DNA of 64,000 nt from Eledone cirrhosa (Eukaryota): positions 37,324,001 through 37,388,000 of the forward strand of contig OZ024747.1 in assembly GCA_964016885.1 (NCBI GenBank). The letters are read 5' to 3'. Below, piece by piece: positions 53,621 through 64,000 of this stretch. The position numbers and the translations under genes are program-made. The first letter of the stretch is position 1. The number at the start of each line of letters is the position of its first letter. The notes beneath the pieces were generated by a model. It saw nothing but the letters and a program-made list of their open reading frames with translations, made no database searches and was not told the origin of the DNA.

Positions 53621-54999
53621 CCAAAATATATAAAAATTAAACATTTTCGCTCTTCTATCAGAGATCACTATTATATCCACAACACAGGCAGATTAAGCTT
53701 GCATATGGGACACTCCCTAACTGAAAGTTTAATTGGGTCCTTCACAAGTTATTTATGTTAGCAAAAAAAACAATGTGGGGCCCCTGGCTACCACCCAGCT
53801 GAAAATTTAATTGGGGCCCTTACATGTTATTTATGTTAACAAAAAAAACATAATTTAGGGCTCTTTAAATATTGTGGGGCTTCTGGCTACCAGCCAGTCA
53901 GCACCCGTCCTTAATCTACCACTGTCACATCATCTTTGTCAGCCTCATTGCATTTAGACATTACAAAATAGTCCATTTTAAACTACCTTTAACGAAACTG
54001 TGGTTCTTCTGGAACTCTACAAACTAAGTACTTTAAAATATTCTTACCATTCTTACCAACAAAATAATACACATTGCAATTTTCATATACATACGTCTAC
54101 AATTTTTAAAGCATTAAGTTTAGAAAACAACTAAAAAACAACAAGTAAAATAAGACTACTACGAAGATTATGAAAGAATTAAAAATATTTTCCTCAAAGA
54201 ATACAAAGACCACAGGCTAATCCTATTAATATTCTACAAGTTGTTTCCAATCTATCTATTGATCAATCTATCCCACTATCAAACTTTTAAAACATTTTAG
54301 ATAAAAGCATTCTCCTGATATAGATTTAGCATTTCTACTTTGAGGAAAATATCTAACTCCAGGGCTACTGTGTGTTTATAATTTTGCTCTATCTCCTGAC
54401 AGCCTCCTGGGAGGAATTCTTTAATATTTACGTATGTACTTATAAGTTTGCATAGAAACAAACCTTTCTATATGTGAAGATATAAGTGGTAAAACCTGTG
54501 TATGCAAATGTGTATGAGATATACAAATATAACATATATGATATTTTCTTTATCATATAAGATAATTCACATACACATCCTTTATGTGTGTATATATATA
54601 TATACACATACATATATAACCACATAAATGTATATTCCTTTGTGAATATACAGAAGCTGTCGTGTGTGTATTTGTGTCAGTATAAAGATATATATGCATG
54701 AATGTATGTATAGTCATGCGGTTGTATTTGCAAATATTTCTATTTACACAGTACCTTTACGGGGGAATTTGAAATAAATTGACTGTGTAAATTAATTTCA
54801 ACCCACATCACATCTGATTAATGAGATGTTTCAGGCCTAAGGGCAATCTCCTGTCAGACCACAACCAAACGAGGATGGTCCATACTGCTTCATCCAATGG
54901 GTTCAAATAATACAACAGGAAAGACACTTTCTGGTCGGTTTGTTTGTTTTTTCGCTGTTTTTTCTTTTCTTCCCTTTCGCTTCCCTTCCCTCCCTCCTC

Positions 55000-55678
55000 C
55001 GTTTTCCCAATAACTTATCCAGTTATTGACGCTCTGGGTGGTAGTTATATTGTCTTTAAATCGTAGAAATATCCGAGACCCCATTTGACAACTGATGAGG
55101 GAAACTCCCACCCCCTGTTCTTGCTTTCTTATTCCCACACCATTTTAAGCTACCTTAAATAGCAACTACACAGCCATTTCTATTCTCCATATATTTTATC
55201 ATGTTTTCGCTGTGACCAGTCTTCTCTCCCTTTCTACCTATTTCGCTACTATTTACTCTTACCCCACTTTCTTCTTCTCCCTTTCACCCTCTCACTTTCA
55301 CTCCCTCACCTGACCTTCTAGCAGTCCTTTTCTCACTTACAACTGCTGGGGTTAGACGTGTCTTTTTTCTCTCGACCACACAGTCTTGAACCTAAGTTCT
55401 CTTATCGAGTGGTCTTGGATTTTCTTACCTTAAGTTGCTCTCACGTTGCTCGGTTTTTTGTTTTTTTTCAGTTTTCTCTTTTCTTCTCTTTTGTTTCCCC
55501 AATAACTTACCCAGTTATTGACGCTCTGGGCGGTAGATATCTTGTCTTTAAATCGTAGAAATATCCTAGACCCCCAGTAGACAACTGATGAGAGAAACTC
55601 CTACCCCCGTTCTTGCTTTCTTCTTATTCCCACTCCATTTTAAGCTACCTTAAATAGCAACTACACAGCCATTTCTAT

Positions 55679-55683
<5 letters not shown>
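55000..55683 (+). repeat. ~185-bp direct duplication (~55000-55190 and ~55495-55683) next to a PLE
   Basis: aataactta.ccagttattgacgctctggg...ctacacagccatttctattctc occurs twice. Confidence 0.8.
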
Positions 55684-55716
<33 letters not shown>

Positions 55717-55729
55717 CATTCAGCACAAC

Positions 55730-57290
55730 TTATCCGTGCTGATAGAAACTAACACCAAGACGGTGAACTTCCTAGACGTATCCTTAGAACTGGATACTGG
55801 CCTATACCGGCCATATCACAAGTCGAACGAGAACCTGCAGTATGCAAACAGACACTCAAACCACCCCAAGTCTGTTATAGATGCTATAGTTAAGGGGGTA
55901 TCTAACCGCGTATCCACATTGTCCACCAACACGCCGACTACTATAACGAGGAACGCAAACACCCGGATACCATTAGTACTAATATAGGCAGGCAAACTAC
56001 CCGGAGGCACACACGTCACGATAAGACTAAGATTATTACGTACGACAAAGAAGACCCCATGACGCATAGACAGACGAGGGCGCATGGGAGGGCTGGGGAT
56101 CCCAGCACATGCAGACTGAACTGTAACACCAGCACAGACCATGACGGGAGAACCAAGGATAGTTAACGCAGCACAGGACATGAAACACGTTAGAGAAAAC
56201 ACGAGGATAATTAACACAGATACGGTGCGATACTCGGGTAGCAGGACGGGGATGAAAACTAGAGCCAGTAGACATGTCCAGAACAACATAGTAAGTGAAT
56301 GCCTTTCTCCCAACATAAATAGTAGTTCTAAGCATAGGGATAGCATAGGGGCCGAAATAGGAGTAGGGCAAAACCCGGGAGACCAACATGACACTGCACA
56401 CATTACTAGTAGCAGACGACGGAATAGGTCTAGAAACATAACGTGGTTCAATGCACCTTACTTGAAGCATGTATGCACCAACGTGCCAGGCCTCTTCTTC
56501 AGGACATTGGACGAGTGTTTCCCAGCATCCCATAAGTACCACAAAATATTTAACCGCCACACCGTTCTCCTTTTCCACAACACCCAATATGGCAGACTAT
56601 ATGGCCAAGGCCAACGCAATGAAAATGAGGACACCCCACTGCCAAACTTTACAGGCCACAGGCACCTCGGGGACTGAGGAGAGCGCATGGAGACGTGGCC
56701 AGTGGTTTCGGTGATGAATCCGGGGGCGGCGCCATGGCCATAGAGGACGCAACACGCGACAACCGAGACCCGCGGGTAGTGAACACCGAGTCCACCACTC
56801 TGCCGGAACACCACACGAGGACTGGGGCGAACCCCACTAAGACGTCAGGGACTGACCAAAATGAAGCACAGACCTGTAACTGCCATGTAGGTGAACAGTG
56901 CCCTCTGCAGGGAATGTGCCTGACAAAGGGCGTTGTCTACAGATGTGTGGTTACCACGCACAACGATAGGCACACCTACATCGAGGCAACATCCACGACT
57001 TTTAAATCGAGGATGTACAACCACAGGAACTCGTTCAAGGACCGGAACAAGAGGCATGCCACCAGACTGGCAGACCTAATATGGGGCATCAAAGACAGTG
57101 GCACAGCATTTGACCTCAGCTGGAGTATCGTCTAGTGTGCGAATGCGTATTCGGATGGCAAGAAGAGGTGCAGGTTGTGCCTGTCTGAGGCCATGGAGAT
57201 AGTAAAACTAAAGGCCGACGCAGTCAATCTCAAATCTTAAATCATCATGGCCTGCAGACACCAACGTAAATGTACACTTTCCGCTTTAGT
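55730..57290 (+). mobile_element. Penelope-like element fragment (RT C-terminus, expanded linker, GIY-YIG), disrupted
   Basis: VNFLDVSLEL, HSNHP, ITWFNAPY, IFNRHTV, CNCHVGEQCPL..GVVYRC..TYIEAT..FKSRMYNH and CRLCLSE. Confidence 0.9.
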
Positions 57291-58239
57291 GATACCGGGT
57301 GGGTCTAACTAAGGCCCTACTGGTCCGACGATGCCAGTTGGGGCGCCGGCAGCGGACCAAAACATGCGACATCATACCAACGAATGCCCGGCGGAACACG
57401 TGGAAATCAACGGCAGAGCCAACGATACATTCCTCGTTACGTACCTTGGATACCGCCGTCTCAGTAACATGGGGACGGCAATTCAATCTAGGTTTGATTT
57501 TGTTTTCAACCTTATCTGTGGTTTTGAATTTCGAATTATAAAATTTTGAATTTTGAATTTGTAATTTTAATGTTGGACTTGATGTTGGATTTAAGGTTAC
57601 TGTTGAGGTTAATTCTAACTTTGGTTGCCGTTGCCATATACATGCCTACACCACAAGCCACTGGTATACTCCATTCCATGTGCATTTCATATATACTGTT
57701 ATGAAAAGGATATTCCACACATTCCTAATATATATAATTTGTGTGTGTATACCTAGACGGTCCTCTGTGTCCACCTGTCATGAAATCTGTCTCATGTGCA
57801 TGGTTGATATGCAGGTTCTTACCCAGTCCCTTGGACCCTCAGTCTTTATGTATGTTATATAACCCTATGCATCACAGTCTTTATGTATTTTATGTAACTT
57901 TATGCACATCCCACTAATATCTTGGTGGCTTGAACGGATACCTTCTTTGCATCTTTTTCACGTATTTTCTGTATGTACACGCATTCATACATGTACCCCC
58001 CCCCATGTTATCTGTCATTAGTATGTGGATATTATGTAATTCTTACATTTATGCATATTATGCATGCACTTTCGGGCATATATGGCCTCCTGAGCGTATT
58101 GGGTCCCGCGTCTCACGAACGTTTTTTGATATAATGTCCTATGCGTCCTGTGTACATTTGCGTGTGTGTATAGATATGTAGGTATTTGTAGAGTATGTTT
58201 TTTTAAGCTGTATACGCATACGCATGTACATGCATATGG

Positions 58240-58282
<43 letters not shown>

Positions 58283-58657
58283 TATGTATGTCTGTGTAGG
58301 TGTATGTATATGTATATTTTTTGTTTTTTCGTGTGTATATATGTGCATGCATGTGTAGTTTTTCAAGTATATGTGTCTAAGTATATATGCTTTCTTGAGT
58401 AATGTGTGTGTATATATATATGTATGTATATTTGTTAGAAATATTTTTGAAATAATGTTTAAGAGGTTCTTTTTAAGCGTCTTTTGTTTTTTAAAATGTG
58501 TTTTTTTTTAAAGATGTTTTTAAAAATGTTTTTAAAATGTTTTTCCAAGGGTTTTTTTAACGGGTTATTTTTAAGTGTTTTTAAATGTCTTTAAGTAGTT
58601 TCTGCACATTTACTATGTATTCATTGTACGCTTCAGTATGCACTGTATCTGTACGCC

Positions 58658-58699
<42 letters not shown>

Positions 58700-58759
58700 T
58701 ATAGAGATATATATGTATGTGTATAATTTTTACTGATTATACGCATCTCCCCAAGTATA

Positions 58760-59633
58760 CGAGGTGTGTCAGAAAAGTTCCAGGACTGATGTCACAAAAG
58801 ATTTATTTCAAACCTAAACTTCACACTAAGAGTTTTCAAAGTAATACCCCCGGAGTATTATGTAACTGTAATCTTAGCTCTCTGCAGCGATCAAACTTTT
58901 TTCTTCATAATTTTATATACATGTCCTCTGTTTCAGGTCGTCAAGCAATGAACACAGAGCAACGAACAAACTTGAAAACTCCGTCAGAAGCACTGGGATT
59001 GTTGCAGCAAGTGTATGGAGATGAGACGATGTCACGCTCACAGGTTTTTGAGTGGTGCAAGAGGTTTAAAGAAGGACGCAAGGACGTGGAAGGCCCTCAA
59101 CAACCAGGACTGAGATCAACGTTGAGCGCGACAGGCAGATGGTGCGTAGCGATCGTCGGCTGACTGTTCGACTGATAGCAAATGAGCTGGGCATGAATCG
59201 GGACAGCGTCTGGAAGATTCTCACTGAAGATTTGGACATGCGGAAAGTCTACGCGAAGATGGTGCCAAAACTGCTGAACGATGACCAGAAAGGTCGACGC
59301 ATGCAAGTGTGCCAGGACATCTTCGAGCATCTTGAAACCGAACCAGACTTGCTAGGGACAGTCATCACCGGTGATGAGTCATGGATCTTCGAGTACGACT
59401 CGGAGGGGACCCGCTTTGAAGACGTGGACGACATCAAAAAGGCCGTGACGACGGAACTGCAGAGGATCCCGGAAGAATCCTTCCAGGAGTGCATGCAAGC
59501 GTGGCAGAAAAGGATGGAAAAGTGCATTAGACTCCAGGGGGATTACTTTGAAGGAGAAAACTCTTAGTGTGAAGTTTGGGTTTGAAATAAATCTTTTGTG
59601 GCATCAGTCCTGGAACTTTTCTGACCCACCTCG
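58760..59633 (+). mobile_element. Internally deleted mariner element with long (~78-bp) TIRs
   Basis: TA-flanked TIRs CGAGGTG(T/G)GTCAGAAAAGTTCCAGGACTGATG...; HTH regions and MVPKLL; ITGDESWIFEYD is joined directly to GTRFEDVDDIK, so the catalytic core is deleted. Confidence 0.92.
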
Positions 59634-60049
59634 TATGTACAGACATGTTTTTGTAAGTTTTTTACAAATTTTTTCTAAGTATTCGCTGAACATTTAATAT
59701 TTACTGTCATTTTCGTATATATTACAGATGCAGGTGTGTATACGAGCTCCCTATGTATTGCGATTTCAGAGTCAGGTTCGATCATCGCATCGATCGTACC
59801 TCGGAGCTGGTCGCCAGAGAAATGATTATAATATGTCTAATAAATTCTACTTTGTCGCACCACGGATTCTCCGTTTCTTATGTGATATATTCATATATAT
59901 ATTTATATATATATATATATATGCATTCATATATATATATATATATACATTCATATGTATATATATATTTGTATCCCGTTACAAGCCGATCAACATATAT
60001 TTATATATATTCATATATAAATATATGTTGAGAAGCCAGAGGGGATCAC

Positions 60050-60197
60050 TAATGTAGGCGAGAAGCCGCTAGAATTGGTTGAGGACTTCCTGTATTTGGG
60101 AGCAAAGATTGGGAATACGGAAGATGATGTGGTTGAGAGGAAGAGCAAAGCCTGGGCGGCGTGCCACAGCTTGAGATCGGTGTGGAAGTCGGACCTT
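60050..60197 (+). mobile_element. Short LINE RT-thumb fragment
   Basis: [14 protein letters not shown]...[15 protein letters not shown]. Confidence 0.65.
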
Positions 60198-60392
60198 CGT
60201 ATATATACATTCATACATATATATATATACATACATTCATACATATATATATATATACATACATTCATATATATACATTCATACATATATATACATTCAT
60301 ACATATATATATATACATTCATACATATATATATATACATACTTTCATACATATATATATACATTCATATATATATATATATACATACATTC

Positions 60393-62650
60393 ATCGTGAG
60401 GTGTTCAGGATTGCTAGGCAATGTGTCAAGGAAAACCGTGATATTGTCGGGGAGAAGTGTGTACTTAATGATGACGGCGTACTTGCCATCACCGACGCTG
60501 ATAAGAAGGTAGCTTGGAAGTGCCACTATGAAAGACTACTAAATGAGGAGAATAAATGAGAGAAAGACAGTCTCCCCCACATCGACCCAATAGAGGGACC
60601 AGCAGTGTTAGTCGAGGGTAGTATAATAAGTAAGGCAATCAAGGATATGAAGACGGGTAAGGCGGCTGGGCCTTCGGAAATAGTTGCTGAGATGCTGAAG
60701 GCATCTGGCTCGGTGGGACACACCTTGGTCACCCGGATAGTTAACCAAGTCGTACAGAATGGGGTTGTTCCGAAGGACTGGCATAGCAGCATCATCGTTA
60801 ACTGTTATAAGGGTAAAGGAGATGCCCTAGATAGGAGTAACTATAGAGGCATTAAACTAATCGACCAGGTCATGAAGGTCACGGAAAAAGTAATAGCGCA
60901 ACTAATCAGAGAGAGAATTGACCTAGATGAAATGCAGTTCGGGTTTGTGTCAGGCAAAAGTACCACAGACGCTCTTTTCATTGTACGTCAACTACAGGAG
61001 AAGTACCTAGCTAAAGGTAAACCCCTCTACTTAGCTTTTGTCGACTTGGAGAAAGCCTTCGACAGAGTCCCCCGTTCCATTATCTGGTGGGCCCTTAGAA
61101 AACTAGGTGTCGACGAATGGCTTGTGAGAGCTATACAAGCCATGTATAAAGAAACAGTCAGTAAGGTTAGAATTAACAACGAATATAGTGAAGAGTCTAG
61201 CGTAAAAGTTGGCGTCCATCAGGGCTCTGTTCTCAGCCCCCTACTATTTATTATTGCCCTTCAGGCTATAACAGAGGAGTTCAAGACCGGCTGCCCATGG
61301 GAACTCCTATACGCAGACGACCTGACACTCATAGCTGAATCAATGGCCGAGCTAGAGAAGAAATTCCAAACATGGAAGCATGGCCTAGAATCAAAAGGCC
61401 TTAAAATTAACCTGGCTAAGACTAAAGTTCTAGTTTGTAGGAAAGAAAATAAGGCGGCGGTCCCTTCCGGGAAATGGCCATGCTCAGTGTGTAGGAAAGG
61501 CGTAGGTAGAAACTCCATTTTATGTCCCAAATGCAAAGTATGGGTGCATAAAAGATGTAGTGGGATCACAGGTAAGCTAACTAAGAACTTAGATTTTACA
61601 TGTGGGCGGTGCTCTGGTGCAATAAGTAGCAGCGAGTGCCCACAAAATACTAACTCTTTCAATTGCGCAGAGGGCTCTATAGAAATAGTGGACAGCTTCC
61701 GTTACCTGGGTGACAAAATCAGCAGTGGGGGAGGGTGCTCCGAAAGTACAGTAGCTAGAGTCAGAACTGGATGGAAAAAGTTCAGAGAGCTTATACCACT
61801 ATTAGCCGCTAAAGGGTTCTCCCTAAAAATGAAAGGCAGGTTGTATGATGCCTGCATACGAACAGCAATGTTGCATGGCAGCGAGACCTGGGCATTGTGC
61901 GCAGAGGATATACGCAGACTAGAGAGGAACGAAGCTTGCATGCTCCGCTGGATGTGTAATAGTAATATACGTGAACGGCAAGGCATAAACGAACTAAGGA
62001 AAAAAAAAATTAGAAATAAGAGGGATCAGATGTTGTTTACTCGAGAGAAGGCTACGTTGGTACGGACACGTGATGCGCATGAAAGTCGATAGCTGTATAA
62101 CAAAGTGCAGGGCAATAAAGATAGACGGTAGCCACGGAATAGGCAGACCTAGAAAATCCTGGGACGAGCTGATAAACTCCGACCTCACACACTTACACCT
62201 CTCCAAGACAATGTCACTGGACCGAGACCTTTGGCGGTACTCAGTAATAGAGAAGACCCGCCTTACCTAAATACATAGTAAAACCTACTACAGCCAGTAG
62301 GCATCTCTAACAAAATACACCCCCGTCCCACCACCCACACCACCCCCTCCTATGTAAAGTTATGTTGGTGCCACAACATCCAGGCCGAAACAAATGAGAT
62401 CGTGTAGGTGTCACGACAAAAAAACACACAGACCACGCTGTAATGTGGCCGTGTAGGCAACACGGTAAAAACCTCCCAGTCCCACACTGTAAATGTGGTT
62501 GGTGTTAGGAAGGGCATCCAACTGTAGAAAACCTGCCAGACAGTCCTATGCGAGCAAGACAATCACTCTTGCCTCAAGTGGGAATACCCCCGTCCAAACC
62601 CATGCAAGCGTGGAACACGGACGTTAAACGTTGATGATGATGATGATGAT
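60393..62650 (+). mobile_element. 5'-truncated RTE-clade LINE with a PHD-like finger after RT, inserted in a compound microsatellite
   Basis: [54 protein letters not shown]; stop at 60557-60559, frameshift in the A-run near 62000-62009; (GAT)n tail. Confidence 0.93.
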
Positions 62651-63384
62651 TCATATATATATATACATACATTCATATATATATATACATACATTCATAT
62701 ATATATATATATATATACATACATTCATATATATATATATACATTCATACATATATATATACATTCATACATATATATATATACATTCATACATATATAT
62801 ATATATATGCATTCATTCATATATATATATATATATATACATACATTCATTAGAAAAAGGAAGTGAGGTTCTATACAAAACAGTGGATATAGAGAAAAGA
62901 TGAAGTTGGAAATAGTACGGAAAATATGTTTAAGGGTCTGTTTTTCTTTTTTGATTCGTCAAAGTGACATTATTGAAAAGATAGTGTTATTAAAAAGATA
63001 ATGTTATTAAAAAGATAATGTTATTAAAAAGATAATGTCAAAAAAATTCTTTTAAAATAATTTTTTATGAAGTATATAAAGTATATGAAGAAATTACCAG
63101 TTTCAATGTATCAAATGTAGAGTGTAAAAAAGTAAAATCAAAATCGAATGTTTGAATAATTTTTCTTCCATCCTGCTTGTTGTAATGTTGGGTGGAATGA
63201 GAACAGTATTTGTTTTTTTTTGCAAGGGAGGAAGTTGTTTTGAAAAATAAGCTGTGAATGTATTGTTTAATCTAGTGGTCAATAGTTCAAAAGGGGATAG
63301 GGGATTGTAAGAGCTGTATTCTGTAGTAGTCTGGTATGTGTACATACATAAACACACACATATATAGAGAGTGAGTGTTAATAT

Positions 63385-63465
<81 letters not shown>

Positions 63466-63491
63466 TACATACATACATATATATATATATG

Positions 63492-64000
63492 TATAGGGGT
63501 GATGTCAGTAAAGTGAGAGTAGGAATGGAGTTTAGTGAGGAATTCCAGATACAAGTAGGTGTACATCAGGGTTCGGTCCTCAGCCCGCTCTTGTTCATTA
63601 TAGTCTCTATGCTGATGATCTGGTTCTTATAGCAGAATCAGTAGAGGAGCTAGAGAATAAATTCTGGCTATGGAAACAGCAGTTGGAATCAAGAGGACTG
63701 AGAGTGAACATAGCTAAGACAAAAGTGTTAAGTAGGACAAAACTGATTCCATCAGGGAAAAGGCCATGTTCGATATGTAGGAAAGGAACTGGCATAAATT
63801 CCATAAAATCTACGCAATGCAGATCTTGGGTACACAAGAGGTGTAGTGGGATAGCAGGCAAACTAACAGGTAGGGAAAACTACGTATCCAGTAGATGTAT
63901 AGGGAAAGTTGGCAGTAGTTATCGCAGTGATAGACATATTTTTCCAATGCAGGTGGGTTCTACAGAAGTCGTTGATAGCTTCCGGTACCTAGGTGATCAG
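63492..64000 (+). mobile_element. Degenerate RTE LINE RT fragment running off the window
   Basis: [21 protein letters not shown] and CSICRKG motifs. Confidence 0.85.

Noticed and set aside
54805-54860. Minus-strand CUGACAG...GAAAC AUCU/AGAU GU motif
   Set aside because: The core deviates, position 17 is G and there is no stem I

Overview
AT-rich, repeat-dense eukaryotic DNA, not prokaryotic. The (TA)n microsatellites, tRNA-derived SINEs with a Meta-like core and RTE LINEs suggest a mollusc, probably a cephalopod such as Octopus (inference). Only one host gene is supportable: a large coding exon of an SLC19-family thiamine/reduced-folate transporter on the minus strand (~29.3-30.4 kb), with visible splice sites. 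The rest is mobile DNA: a near-complete Ty3/Gypsy element with LTRs and a 5-bp TSD, a hAT (Buster/Charlie-like) element with an 8-bp TSD, a DD37D maT element, an internally deleted mariner, RTE, CR1-like and RLE-type LINE fragments, many SINEs and several Penelope-like element (PLE; RT plus GIY-YIG) fragments. The most interesting signal is non-coding. At least five unrelated short repeat families carry type-I hammerhead ribozymes (HHRs) that can be folded by eye, several with non-canonical cores (compensatory U3-A8, U.U closing stem II, possible U4A). They sit in tandem-plus-inverted or perfectly palindromic arrangements, and fold-back points often fall in or next to the ribozyme. This looks like a set of PLE pseudo-LTRs or non-autonomous retrozyme-like elements. 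All structures were folded manually and coordinates of degenerate repeats are approximate.
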